Shown: positions 1 to 14,350, counted from the first letter of the whole stretch. The stretch is 62,140 bases of DNA, filler included, from Guillardia theta CCMP2712 (GCF_000315625.1; 6 parts of 6 records of this genome joined end to end with filler, not necessarily neighbours in it); one strand, 5' to 3'. The notes: a model not told the origin generated them from the letters alone. A program made the numbers and translations.

Positions 1-44
1 TTCCATTTCTCTCTCTGCCTCTCTCTCTCTCTCTCTCTCTCTCG

Positions 45-510
45 TCACGAGGCCAATCCAGAGTGACCAGAGCTGCTTCTGGACCACACTGACCCGCCGA
101 CGCCGTTGGAGCCGATGTAGTTGAGGATGATAGAGCCGGAGTCGTTGGTGGTGACGACAGAAAGGACCATGGCGATGAGTGAGATTACAATCATGAAGTT
201 GCCGATGTTGGAGTACTGAGATATCACATCGAACCACATCTCGTCGATGGTCCTCGTCGACAGCTGCCGGATGTCTGAGCAGTTTCTGATAGTAGACGGG
301 ACCATCTCGAAGTAGCCGACCCTGGCGGTGCTGGAGGCCAGGCTGTTGCCGTAGAGGGCGGAGGAGCAGTAGTCGGAGGAGAAGGCGACGTTGTCCTTCA
401 CGATCTTGCAGCGAGCGAAACATCCGTCACGGATGGCGAGCCTCTCCATTCTCAGCCCTGCTCCCCCGAACACTGCGAACCAAACCTGTTGAACAGTTTC
501 AGATGCGGGT

Positions 511-561
<51 letters not shown>

Positions 562-2625
562 CTGATGATGATGGTAATCAGGATATGTAGCAATGTGTCA
601 AGTCATAAAGATCACCAAGAGCAGCCAAACAGACATGTTGACAACTGAATGCCAGACAGCCAAATCAGACGAAAACGCCGCTCAGAACTATCCCCTTCAC
701 AGCACATGCTCGTACACAATAGAAAACAACTCTCAGATCACCTTGACAAGTCATCAAAGACACAGGGAATCATGCAAAGGACCAAACACCAACATCCTGG
801 CCAGCACAGGCAACTTACCATCGTGAACAGGACAGGTCCTGTCAAAGAAGCATTGATAACCTCCTTGATAGTCCTCCCCTTGGAGATCCTCGCAATGAAC
901 ATTCCCACAAATGGCGACCAGGATACCCACCAGCTCCAGTAGAAGATAGTCCACCAGTCCATCCAGATCTGCGGGCCGGACTTCTTGTCGACGGAGATCC
1001 CGAGCTGGGCAAAGGCGTCTGTGTGGGAACCCAGCACGATGAAGGTGTGGATGTGGTGGCCGATAGACTGGAAGAAGAGGTTGAGGAGGTACTTGGTGTC
1101 GTCGGCGAGCAGGGCCATGAAGAGAAGGCTGAGCATCACACAGAAGGAGATAATAGAGAGGACCCTCACTCCCCTCCGGAGCCCCGCGTGTGCTGAGATG
1201 CCGCCAAGGACGGTCATGAGCGCGATCAGGATCACCTTGACTCCCGTGCTCTGATTCACGTTGAACAGCATGTTCAGACCCGTATTGATCTGGATTGCTC
1301 CAACCCCCATGCTGATGCAGATTGCAAAGAGAGTTGTGAATACAGACAGAGTGTCGACTACATCTCCGAACCAGCCAAACACCATCTTCCCGAAGATCGG
1401 GAAGAAACACGAGCGGATAGTGAGCGGAAGCCCAAGGCGATAGGCCGCGACTCCCGTAGACAGGCCGACGATGGTGTAGCACATCCATGCCTGCCAAGGA
1501 GAGCAGGGTGAGCACAAGGAACCAGGACAAGGCACTGGTCGTTACGTGGATCCCCCAGTGATAGTACGCCAGGTTGATTGACGTCTGCGAGATCTCGTCG
1601 AAGGTCAGGTATCCCCGAGCTACGTATCTATTGTATCCCAGATGCAGAATGGGCTCCCCAACACCGTAATATACAAGGCCAGTTCCTTGATCAGCAACTC
1701 AGCACACAACGGATAGGAAATAAAGAGCCTTGTCCAGTACCTGTTCCCGCCGTTCCGAACATCATCATAAACCAGGTGACGGTGTTGTAATCAGGTTTGG
1801 TGTCCTCGTGCCCAAGCTTCATCGATCCATACTTGGGGCTTTGCGAAAGCAAGATAGTCAAGAGAATTTTGCAGAGCAAAAAGAGAGCAGAGGATATCAA
1901 GTACAAAGGTTCAAGCAACAAGGTCAAGGCAAGAGCGATCTTTGCAAAGAGGGAGGGAGGGAGGAGGAGGAGGAGGGAGGGAGGAAGGGAGGGAGGGGAG
2001 GGAGGGAGGGAGGGAGGGAGGGAGGGAGGGAGGGGAGGGAGGGAGGGAGAGCAGAGCTTGAAGGATCAGGTCATTCGCTTACATGAGCCAGATGTACGCT
2101 ATGAACAAGACCCAGATGTTCTGCGCGCCGATAAACAGCCAGGTGAAGTTATTCGTGATCCACCTACATCCAGCATGAGCGCAGATCAAACAAACAGACT
2201 TGTCGAAGGACTCTGAGGGTAGACATACCTCTTGGTGATCACCGTATGCGAGAAAAATTCATCCTTCTTCGCAACGGCTATAATGACAAGTATGAGAGTT
2301 CCCAGCTGCAAGACGTACGTCATCGAAGCAACACTCTCCTGCAGAGCAAGAGCATGCAGGCAGAGCTCACCAGCGACAGACCGATCACGACAGGGTTCCC
2401 TCGGAAGCCGGAGACTTGGAAATCGTTCATGTGCAACAACCTCGGCAAATCCACCTTGTTGGCATCATCGGAGTTGGCAAAGATCGCGCTGTCAGTAGCC
2501 CCTGAGATTCCTCTCCTCGTCGTTCTGATTCTCTTCAAGCTCGTAGTGGGGGCGATTGACTCCACGGCGTCTGATTCCGACGCTCCCTCGGGGCTACTCT
2601 CCTCTACCTCGGACGAGGAGGACAT
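45..2625 (-). CDS. BCCT-family (betaine/choline/carnitine) transporter, multi-exon, 3' end probably outside the window
   Basis: Spliced exons give BetT-like motifs: TWFMMMFGTAG, GLVYYGVGEP, YHWGIHAW, GLPLTIRSCFFPIFG, WTIFYWSWWVSWSPFVGMFIARISKGRTIKE, WFAVFGG, TTNDSGS. GT-AG introns lie between them. There is an apparent 1-bp frameshift near 90-95. Confidence 0.9.
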
Positions 2626-3032
2626 AATTTCAACGAGACCCTGACGAGAGACACATCGTCATGTGGAGAGTTTTCCGAATGATGAACGCTCATGTGAGGA
2701 TCATCCTTTTCTATACATCTTGCATGAATACATAACCATCACCTGCCTGTTTGCATGCATTCCGGCCTGCTTTCCCTCATCTCCTCCATCTCGCCAGCTA
2801 TGTTATCTTATATGCGAAACTTATGCACCAGAATATCAAGTGACGCTGCTTCTCCTACTTTTCTCTCCTCCTTTCCTTCCTACTCCTCCTCCGCTCGCCC
2901 ACATTCGCTATCTCCAGCTCTTTACTGCGTCGTTACTTCTTTTTCCTGCTCCGCCTGTTTCTATATCATCAAAATCCTGCTCGTTTTCTCGAGTATGCTG
3001 CTCTCCTCCTCATCCTTGTCATCCTCAGAAGT

Positions 3033-3068
<36 letters not shown>

Positions 3069-5063
3069 TACCTCGTCTTCACGCCGCTGTTCCTACTGTC
3101 GCCATTTTGTCTTTCATGCAGGAGTCGGTATTATTACTCCAGGGCATTCCGAAACACAGCAGGAACCACCGAGGGGTGGGGGTAGTAAAGAAAGATATGC
3201 CCAATACGGGTGGGGTACTTTTATTACCCCCAAAGGACAAAAGATTTTGGGATAAATAGTGGGTAGGGTACTACAATATATCCATTTGGTGACCACCAGG
3301 GGTACTCCATGATCGTCGAAATGGGGTACTCACATCTGTATTTGGGGGTCTCATTCCTCCCGTACTAGGGGTCCTAGGACCGCCTATGATTTCCTTGGAC
3401 TAATCAAGCCTATGATTCCTAGTACCCTATAGGGCGTACTCGCTTACTACGTTGGTGCTAGCAAATGGGTACCAACCAAGCCTAACGTTTCTATTTTTGT
3501 TGAAAACATTTGAAATTTGACAGGGGTAATTTCGAATTTAAAAAAGGATATTGAAAGCTACAAAGTTTTTGGAGGCCAAAGAAACAACACAAATTCAAAT
3601 TATTTCAGACATTTCGAAATTTTAGATACACAATCCGGAACATTCCCTCAAAATTTGATGAAATGAGGCGGGCCTGAACAAACTCATGGGCCCATGCTAG
3701 TACTGCTCTGTTCGTCAGACCCTCCGAAGTTCTCCTCCTCTCCCAGCCTCCTACTCACACTCCTCAGTCCTTAGCTTCTTCGTCGTCCTTCTCCTCCTCT
3801 CCCATCCTCCTCCTTCGTTGTAATCCTTCTCCTCTCGAGCCTACTCCTCGTCATTCACGTCCTCTCTCAGCCTCCTACCTGGCACACTCTTCCGTCCTCA
3901 GCTTCTTCATTCATGTCAACCACAGAGCCTGCACCACTTTGTACACATCATCGCCTTCATAATCCTTCATGCTACCCTCAATCCCCTCCGACCTGGATCA
4001 ACTTTTGCCAATTATTGTTTTCCGACTTACTTGCACTATGTGTGCATATATCCCTGCTGTTGTAGTAGTTGAGTTTATTGGAAGTCTAGAGTAGACTTCC
4101 CGGGTAACATCCCGGCCCATTCTTGTCTACAGCGGATAACACTTGGAAGAGCGGCCCATCTTGGATAGCCACTAGTGTGCCCTGCTGCCTTGAAGTAGTT
4201 TCGTAGATAGATTGTTGTAAGTATACGTCCCTTTCTCATGCACTTGGCCCCTCATCCTGACAAGCATCGTGCAATGCACTCTCCTGGTTCTCTCGCGGGA
4301 TGTAGAGACCCGCACGTGTACCGTGACGTGTACCTAGAAGACTGATGTACACAAAACCTTCGGGATTCCGATGCGATCAGAACTGTCTCTCTAGCGATGA
4401 TGGGAGGGCTGTTATAGGCCTGAACGTGCTCTACCGCCACGGGAGCCCGGGATGCTGCCTCTCTCAACTGCGGTGAAGAAACATTGTTCTTCTCCTGCTT
4501 CTGCCGCTATGTCCGATTGCTCTGTCTGGCTGAATTCATCTATACGTTCTCTGCTGAGTTTGACCACGACTGCTACGATTTCCTGCAGGCGGAAATCCTT
4601 GTTTCTTCCCGGACATGTCGATTTGTTTCGATAAATGTTTTTGAGGATTGAAACTGAACCAACTTGCTACCAGATGTTGTACACACAACCGGGAAGGAGG
4701 GAGAGCACTACAACAATCACTGCTGTGTTCACTCGAACACAACGAGTACCACAGTCTACTGCTGTCGGCTAGGACATGAACCTATTTCCCTACACGTGCG
4801 GTGCACGGTGTGGGGTATGAGTCTTTGGTCCAGTGTACCACAACAGTAGCCTGTCGTGTTCGTTGTGTTCTAATAAGGGGACAGATGGTCAGTGACAGGA
4901 AGACAGGCATGGAGCAGAGAACGACGAGGTGCAGTAGGAGAGTGTTTTATTGTATTATAGCGTTTCCATCTCACAGACTCTCGTTCACAAACATCTACAT
5001 CTTCGTCATCAAAACATCTCAGAACACCTCACTCGATTATTGTATCTTTCTGCTCGAGCTGCT

Positions 5064-6531
5064 TCATTTCAACCATCTTCCGTTGGCGTGTCTTCTGGAG
5101 TAACAGTCTCTCCTCATATGGCCTCGCTTACCACAACGCCAGCAGGTATCGTCGTCGGACTCGTCGGACTCGTCGGACTCGTCGGACTCGGAATCCGAAT
5201 CCTCCGACTCTTCTCTGTACCAGCAGTCGCGCTGCATGTGTCCAAACTTGTTGCAGCACCAGCACTGGACGGGAACGAAAGGGGCTGGGCTCCTGTTCCT
5301 GTTCCTGTTCCTGTTCCTGTTCCTGTTCCTGTTCCTGTTCCTGTTCCTGTTCCTGTTCCTGGGAGGAGGAGGAGGAGATGGGCTCCTCACCTTCACAGGC
5401 GACGGATATCTCCTCGGCGGCTCCACTGAGGGAAAGGAAAGAGCCGTCAGGGGGGTCATCCCACAAGTTCGAGCAGCAGCTGTAAAACCTTTCGGGGCAG
5501 CTTGCGCCACTTGCGGCTCAGCTTCCTTGACCTGAGGCTAACCATCCATGTGAGAGGAGGGGCAGAGCATCTCACATAGAGCAAGTTGTTGAAAGATATG
5601 CAGAATGTCATTGCACACCTCTGGTGGTTTGAAGTAAGAATCCAAGAGACTCTTGACTTGTTCAACATCGAGCGGCGCTGGCGCCACCTCCAACGACGCG
5701 TTCATCCCGCTGGAACGTTCGAGTATATCTTCAAGACTGTCCTGACTTTCTGTCTCCTGCACCATTGAGACACGTGAATCAGGAGCGAGAGGAGAACTCT
5801 GTTTTTACCTCCACACTTCTGTCGCAATCATTGTTCATCGCATTGAAGACATCTTGGTTTGGAAGTTGATTTGCCATCTGTTGACTCACTTGGAGCGTTG
5901 AGCCAGTGAAGGTAAAGTCGTTGATCTTGCCAAACTCAAAGACGGTGCAGACCTGATAGGATGATTGTATGTCAGAAACTTCAGGAAGAAGAGGAGGAGA
6001 CAGCGACCGAGCTGTCAGGCCTCAGAGGAGGAGAATCGTTCTCTGACCATCCTTGATCACATAACATCATCCATACAACAATCACCTTCACGACAGAAGC
6101 ATACCGTTGTCACTGCTCCCTCTCCTGTCGCAAACAAACGTTGAGTTTGCCGACAGGTTGCTTGCGTCAAAAGTCTCATCCGAAGACGAGCTGTGATAGC
6201 CTGACTTGCTTTCGCTGAAGACAAATACGTCCTGTTGTGCAAGATCTGAAGCAGGATATGCGGTGTTGCCTTCTCCTTCCCATGGCTCGCTGACGAAGGT
6301 TCTTTCGATCCCCGTGCCCTCATCGCTGTCCTCTCCGCCTTCCTCCTCCCTTCCTCCTCCCTCTTCGCTCCACCATCCCTCCTCTTGAGGGACTGGACCC
6401 TCACCCATGTTGAACGGAAAGGGGAGCGAAGACCGAAACGCCGCCATGGCTTCCTGCGAGGTACCTGGAGGAAAGTTGAAGCTGAAGATGATGTCTGCTC
6501 CAAGAAATTGAGCGAGATGCACACTCGACAT
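5064..6531 (-). CDS. Spliced protein with two CCHC zinc knuckles and an RN-dipeptide repeat
   Basis: ORF 5064-5510 has CWCCNKFGHMQRDC and CWRCGKRGHMRRDC (CX2CX4HX4C). Upstream ORF pieces are separated by short GT-AG introns, so the 5' extent is uncertain. Confidence 0.55.
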
Positions 6532-6647
6532 GCTGTTTGCTCAGAGTTGTGCAGCGAGTTGCCAGGAGATGCAGTACAAACAGGCTTGCGAGAAAAAGCA
6601 GCGGGAAAAGCAGATAGGAGCAGGTGAAGGAGCAAGGAGCACAAAGA

Positions 6648-6727
<80 letters not shown>

Positions 6728-8142
6728 AGGGGTTGCTGTGAGGAGACAAGTACAATTCGGGCAGCTGGGAGCCTTGGGAGCACCGGAGAGGGGGTCACAA
6801 AGGGACCGGGTGGTGGGTCCTACCCCTTCTTCATGGAAACCCACCCCTTATTTTTCCCTTTCAAGTCATTCTCAAGTAGGGGTACAATGATCGGACCCCA
6901 CTGGTACCTTGGCATAAGATTGCCGGTCACCGTGGCACCAGTACCGGGTGACCGTCACGGACCCCGCGCCGCCGCCCCCCCCCTCCCCCCCCCGCCTGAG
7001 CCTGGGTGGTGTATCAAGTTGCTGTAGCAGTCACGGGGGCCGCCGGTGACTGCGGCCGGGTGCTGGAGTCCGACCGGCGCCCCGGGCCGCCCGGGCCGCC
7101 CGGGCCGGCTGGCCGCCCCGCGCTCAGTGCAGCCTAGTATTGACTCCGGGCTGCCCGGCCCCCCCGGCGGGGACTCAGCCCCGGCATGCCGCTGACTCCG
7201 GCGCCTTCACATGGGGCTTTGAGCAAAAGACTGAGGGACTGGCTGGCACCCGGCGAGCGGCACCCACCCGGTCCGCCGGGCCGTCGGGCCGGGCCGCGAG
7301 TTAACTTAAAGGCTCCGGTTGTCCGGTCCCGTGATGACTCACTCAGTAGATTCGTGAGAACTCAATGACCCTTCCGTAAGGCACCAACGGCTCCTAGGAT
7401 AGGGGGGTAGGGTACTTGCAGACCTCATAAAAGCAAATCCTGTAGCTGAATGATCTTATAGGGGGTGGGGTCCATCGATTGGGTGGGTGGGGTAGTCAGG
7501 GTTTCGCTGTTTCTTCAAGTCGACGTAGAGGCTGCTGGTCAAATTCTAGGGGTGGGGGTGATAAGATTTGGGGGTGGGGTAGTCAAGAAGGGGTCTAGAA
7601 TCCAGGATTGAGGGTGGTCGGAGAATTGAACATTCAGATATTGAGATGTACGGGTAGGGTCGTTAGTGTCTCTGGGGGTCATTGGGGCTTTCTAAGGGGG
7701 GTAGGGGTAGTCGTTTCAAGGGTACCGCTGCTGGAGTTGTACTATCACCCCAAGATGTGTGTACCACCTATGAAGATACACCTACCCTTAATTCATCAGT
7801 ACCCACCCTCATACATATACACCCACTAGTTTTGTAATTGAAGTACCCACATTTAGCCTTCTACATTCTATATACATTTTGATAAACCCCTCCTCATTGT
7901 ACCCTGACCCCATATGACTGCAATGACCCCTACCCTTCTGTGACCTTATCCACTTCCAACCACCCCCCTTCATCCATGTTTTAAACAGTAGTGCAATCAT
8001 CTACCCCTCCTTTTCCATTGTATCACCCCACCCCATCAGCTTATATAGGCTACCCCTAGAGCACAGTACAACTACCCCCTCTCCTCCCACCCCTACAGGC
8101 GCCTGCAGCGTCAGCTCATGCTTCATGCTCATGCACGAATAT

Positions 8143-8603
<461 letters not shown>

Positions 8604-8953
8604 CTCCTTTTCTTTTGTTCTCACTCCTGTCCGTTCCTCCTGCTGTCTGTCCCTGTCCCTGTCTTCGTCCTGGTGCTTCTCACCTCCTCAAAGTCAAGCT
8701 CTTCCTTCTTCTCCCTCCCCCATCCTGTATCCTTGGTTCGCAGAGCCTTTGTTTGAGTGCATTCTGCCATGCTCAGCCTAGTTGTCGACTTTGCCCTGAT
8801 CTCCTTTCGTTGCTTTTGTATGTTGTCTTGGATAACCTCGGACTTTCCTGCCCTTCCCAGACGATAGATGGCTGAATCTTCCCTTGAACAGGTCTAATAG
8901 CACAGACAGACACCATGGTAGACCTTGAAAGCGTCAAGAAGCTGCCTGGAGCC

Positions 8954-11900
8954 ATGGAAACGGTCAGTGGACCAACAGGAGGAGGATGACGATGCGGAGG
9001 TTGGTGACGGTGGGCGATAGGTCGAAGACGCGAAGCAGATTCTCACCAAGTTCAGGATGCAGAGTGGGAACAGAGTGAGTCCATGACGAGAGCACGAGAG
9101 ATAGCCTGGTGACGTGCATACCATCGAGCAGACGTGCTTCGATTGTAACGCCAAGAACCCGACATGGGCCAGTGCGACTTATGGAATTTTCATGTGCCTG
9201 GTGATGAGCTCCATGGTGGGGAGCGGGTCCGTGTGACTGAAGATGTTTGTTGCAGGATTGTTCCGGTATTCATCGCTCTCTCGGTGTGCACTTGACGTTT
9301 GTAAGGAGCGCGGAGATGGACAAATGTGCGTAGCGAGCTGTGCCGTGGTGGGTTTGTTGACAGCCGATGGCAGGGAAGCGGCATGAGCTGGTGGCGATGC
9401 TTGTTGGGGGGTAATGCGATGACACTTGAGAGGATTGATGGTTTGTTGACGGCTGGACAACTCGTTTGTCGAACAGGAATCAGAAGGCAAGGGATTTCTT
9501 CATCAAGCACAAACAACAGCTGGATGGAAAAATCCCTGAGAAGTACAATTCACGGGCTGCTATGTTGTACCGCCAGGTAGGTTGTTCATCCTATATTGAT
9601 AATCGGTTGTACGACAGTGATGAAGACTTGATGTCTCCCTTGCTGTCCTCATCGTCTCACTTCCTTGGCAGGAGCTGCTCAAACTCATCTACGATGATCT
9701 GCAGAAGAACAGCAAGTTGTACGTGCCTGTGGAGAAGCCCGCAGATCCTCAAGTAGCAGTCGAACATGCTCGATCTCGGCGCATGGTTGAAGCGTGTACA
9801 GGCGTCGAAGGCTGCACCTTCGAAGTCGAACAAGCTGGAGGATGACTGGGATTGGGGTGAAACCACTCCCAAGGGAAGGTGAGAACTTCGTTGCGGTGCC
9901 GTTACGACGGGCCAGTTGACATTTTTGTTTCCTCATTCTCCAGCTCCAAGTCGTCGGGCGAGACTGAAGCCCAGCAGAGCAGCAAGAGGGCGACGTCGAC
10001 TTATTCCTCCTCCTTGAGCAGCGGTCGGTGTAGTCGTCGCGTGTCGATGAAAGCCTGACGGTCCTCGTCGCCTGCGCAGGTTCTACTCCCGCCCGATCGT
10101 CGAAGCTCGGAGTTGCCAAGGTGAAGGGAGCAGCTGCAGACAAGGATGACGGCTGGGACCAAAGCTCCTCCTCCAACAACAACAGAGGTCCGGAGCAGCC
10201 TGTCCTTGCTCATTGCGTAGAGGTGACGTGGCAGTTGACTGTGCGGCAGACGAGAAGCCCAAGTCAAAGACTGCACTCGAGACGTGGGATGCCGACTCGT
10301 GAGACGTGGTGGATGGAGAGGCGAAGGTGGTGACAGGTGGGCTGCAGGTGGGGGAACGACTGGGAGTACGACGACAAGAAGCCAAGTAGGGGAGGAAGCA
10401 AGGGCTCTGCCCCGGTGGTGAACGAGACGGCGGAGGAAGACTGGGACGACTGGGGCAATCAGGGCAGCAAGCAGACCAAAGGCGATGCTGGAGGCTCCAA
10501 CAAGAACAAGGACGACTGGGAGTGGGGAGAGGAGTCCTTTGCATCCTCGGCATCGTCAAAGTCGAAGACGAGCTCCCTCTCTCTCGGGCAGAAGAAGCAG
10601 GAGGAGAGGTCGAGCTCGAGGCCCAAGGCTTCCACCCGCGTGCTGAGCGGAGGAGGACCGTACGCCAGCTCCTCGACGCTCTCGAGCGGGTCAGACTCCT
10701 ACCTCAAGTCGTCCTCGTTCAGCGGGGCGGAGGGCCAGGGTGCCGCAGCTGACGTGACGAGGTTCCAAGGACAGAGTGGGTTCGGGTCAGCCGACCTGTA
10801 TGGGAATGGCGAAGACAACAGCAGGAGCAGCGGGTTCTTTGATGCAAGGTGAGGAGAGAAGGCAGGAGTAGATGCTTGACTGCTCGTTGTGATCCTCCCA
10901 CGTGACATGTTCGTTGTTGATTGATGAATGTGAATGTGAGAACTGGAGCTGTATAGTGGTTGATGATGAATGTGAATGTGAGAACTGGAGCTGTAGAGTG
11001 TTTGATGTGGAGGCAGAGTGGTGAGCGGTCGATGTTGAAGTTGATGTCACTGGTTGATATGAAGAAGAGGTGGTACCTTAAGAGCAGTAGGTGGTACCAT
11101 TCGTGGTGATGTTGGTACCTTAAGTGGTGGCAGTGGTACCTTAAGAGATTGTTTTCCCAGCGCTTACTTTGTTTGTTCCCCCAGCTCCTCCTCAGAAGCA
11201 GCAGCAATCGCAGCTGCTAAAGCAAGAGAAGCAGCTTCTGCTGCCCTGTCCCAGGTATACACCCTGTACCTCCTTCCTCCTTCCTCCTTCCTCCTTCCTC
11301 CTTCCCCTCCTCCTCCTCCCTCCTCCCTTCCTCTCTCTCTCTCCTCCTCCTCCCTCCTTCCTTCCTCTCTCTCCTTCTCCTCCTTCTGAATCTCCTTCCC
11401 CCTTCCCCCTTCCCCCTTCCTCCAACCTCGTCCTCCTCCTTTTTTCCTCCTCGTCCTTGAAAATCGCCCTCCTTCTTCAGTCTCCTCCTACTTCCTGATC
11501 CTCCTGAATCTCCTGCTCCTCGTCCTGAATCTCCTGTTCCCCTGCCATATATCGCCTGTCGGCCTCGTCCTGAACTACCTCGTGTGGTGCGCAGGCATCG
11601 TCAGCCCTGGGATTCCTCAAGAGCTCCGTGGCAGGGTCGTCGATCGGCAGCAAGCTCGGGGGGGTGCTGGGCAACTTGGGCGTTGACATCGGGAAGATGG
11701 GAGGATCGGTGGGCAACAGCTTCAACATGGCGAGCGAGCAGGAGGAGGGAGAGCAGCAGAGGTTCGGGGGCTTCGATCGCTTCCGCAAGACCGAGCCGAG
11801 CGAGGAGGGGATGGGAAATTTGAGCCTCAACAGCAACGGCAAGTCAGCAGCGAACAAGGCGAACCCCAGCAGGGGGAGGTCAGGAGGCTTCGGTGATGAC

Positions 11901-12668
11901 TGGGACGACTGGGGAGAGTCTGGTGGGAGCTTTTCCTCCTCCGCCTCCTCCTCCTCCTCCTCCTCCTCCTCCTCTCTCCCTTCCTCCTCCTCTCTCCCTT
12001 CCTACTCCTTTTTCCCTCCCTCCCTCTCCCCTTTCCACTCGTTTTCTCCTTCTCCCATTTCTCACTTCATGTCTCCACCATTCTATTCCCCTCCTCCCTC
12101 ACTCCATGTCTCCTGCCCATGCTTGTTCGCCTTTTCTTGACCTGGCCAGCAGGTGGCAGCAAGGCTCGTGGTAATGACGACGACGACTGGGGGACGCAGG
12201 TCAGTCCCAGCTCCACCCCACCTCTGCCGCTGACTCACCGCAGAACTCGAAGAGCTCCAGAGCTGAGAAGAAGGAGACGAAGTCGAGGGACAGTTGGGGA
12301 TGGGAGGAGGAGGAGGAGTCCAGACCGAAGGGTGAGGGAGGAGGAGGAGGGAGGAGGGAGTGCAAGGAGGAGGGGGTAGGAGCGATGACGTCATCGCAGG
12401 GAACGGTAGGAAGGCAGCTGAGGACGACTGGGGCTGGGACTCTGCTGGAGGTGAGCTGGAAGAGGCAGGTGGGCTCGGAATCCCTAAGTGTGCACTGTCA
12501 GGTCGTGGAGGAAAGCCGCAGAAACCCGCGAAGGAGGAGGAGGACGACTGGGGCAATGCAGACTGGGGCGAGCCTACGAAGTCGAAGACTGGAGGAGGAG
12601 GAGGAGGAGGAGGAGGAGGGAAGGGAAAGGCGGCGGGCAAGGCGGATGGATGGGACGAAGACTGGTAG
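8954..12668 (+). CDS. ADP-ribosylation factor GTPase-activating protein (ArfGAP2/3/Glo3-like), multi-exon
   Basis: Spliced N-terminus [68 protein letters not shown]...[10 protein letters not shown]...[11 protein letters not shown] is the ArfGAP C4 zinc finger. The tail has many DDWG/DDWD motifs and ends ...GWDEDW*. Confidence 0.93.
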
Positions 12669-12909
12669 AGGAGGGAAAGGAGCGGAGCAGAGTGTATGAA
12701 TATGTCAACCCGCAAGGAGACGGCTAATTGCTGCTGGCGGCAAGAAAGGAATTATTCCGATTGAGTAGCAGATTGTTTCATGACTTTGTTGTCCTCCCTN
12801 NNNNNNNNNNNNNNNNNNNNNNNNNNNNNNNNNNNNNNNNNNNTTAATTAATTAANNNNNNNNNNNNNNNNNNNNNNNNNNNNNNNNNNNNNNNNNNNNC
12901 CACGTTATG

Positions 12910-14045
12910 CTATAGTGACCAGTCCTCCTCGCACGCTCCGTTCGTTACCACCACGTCCTCCTCCCTCCCTCCCTCCCTCCCTCCCACCACCACGTCCTCC
13001 CTCCTCCTCCTCCTCCTCCTCCTCCCCCTCCTCCTCGTCTCCACTCCTACCTCAAGCACGTAGTAGTCCAACGGCTTTCCTACTCCTGCCTCCGGGTCGC
13101 AGAACAGCTGAATCCTCACGTCCCTTGCTACTCCTCCTGGGCACTGCTCCCCATCGAAGTAGTAGAGCTCTACCCCAGCTGCCGGCTCCGTCTCGTCGAT
13201 CAGCTCCCACTCCCTGCTCGCCGTCAGCATCGATCTGACCGACCGCAACAGGTCCTCACATTCCCCTCATCTGGCCAAGCCAGAAACAGTCCCCTTCCTT
13301 GCTCACCTACAGCGTCTTCGTGTCAGCATCATCCCCATCCTCCTCCTCCTCCTGCTCCTGCTCCTGCTCCTCTTCCTGCTCCCGCTCCCTCCTTCCCTTC
13401 CCTTCCTTCCCCTGCTCCTCCTCCTGCTTCTCCTCTCCCTCCCCCTGCCCTGCCCTCTCCTCCTCTTCCTCGGGCCTCTACCTCGTACGCTGGAGCGCTG
13501 ATGGATTTCCTGAGGGAGACACATGCCTCGGGGACATTGTTGGCATCCCCGCAGATGTTGAAGTAGTACCTAGCAGGTGAGATGAGCAACAATACATCTC
13601 CCTCCAAGCATGAGCTCAGACTGACATGTTTCCATTCCTGTCGTCGGCATACCAGTCTCGCTCGCTGCGAGAACCAGCGTCAGCTACGTCGGACATGGCA
13701 TGTGGCAGGGAGGGGAGGGGAGGAAAGGGAGAGGTCGTTCCTACCCTGGTGGCCTCCGCAACCCTGACAGGTCGAAGGAGTATCCGCTCGGGAATGTGTG
13801 ACTGAAATCGACGTGTTAGGGCACCATCCCCAGCAACCTCCTCTCCTCTCTCCTCTCCCCTCCCCTCCTCCCCGCTCGCCGCTCGCCGCTCACGGTCTCT
13901 CCTCTGCCCTTCCTCCCCCGCCCTCTCCCTTCTTGTCCGCATGCACAGCCTGCCAACAGTCCACTCCTTCTCACCTGCAGGTCTGTGTCCTCACGAGGGT
14001 GGAAGCCTCCAAGACGAGCAGCACAAGCAGCCCACACCTGACCAT
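12910..14045 (-). CDS. Signal-peptide protein with a mannose-6-phosphate receptor homology (MRH) domain, M6PR/ATG27/MRL1-like; runs into a gap
   Basis: Leader MVRCGLLVLLVLEASTLV. Exons YYFNICGDANNVPEAC and GVELYYFDGEQCPGGVARDVRIQLFCDP match MRH motifs (YxxNxC, YxxGxxC, RxxxIxxxCD). Confidence 0.75.
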
Positions 14046-14285
14046 GGTCTAGCTGACAGAGCTGAGAACAAGGAGGAGTAAGAACAAGGAGGAGAAAGAA
14101 CAAGGAGGAGTAAGAACAAGGAGAAATAAGGCTGTTTGTCAGGTGCCAACTACTGTGCTCTACTGGTGATGATTAAAGCCATAATTCTTCCGACTCAAAA
14201 CTGCTTGGTACGCTGGATACAATTACTCCTGCTCCTGCAGATATATTCCTGCTCCTGTTCCTTCTCCTACTGATCCTTGTCATAT

Positions 14286-14350
<65 letters not shown>

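Noticed and set aside
5064-5510. Zinc knuckles as retroelement gag
   Set aside because: No adjacent protease/RT/integrase or LTRs, and the region is spliced like a host gene.
12844-12855. TTAATTAATTAA palindrome inside five N-runs
   Set aside because: Assembly linker with stops in all six frames. Not biological, and adjacency across these gaps is unverified.
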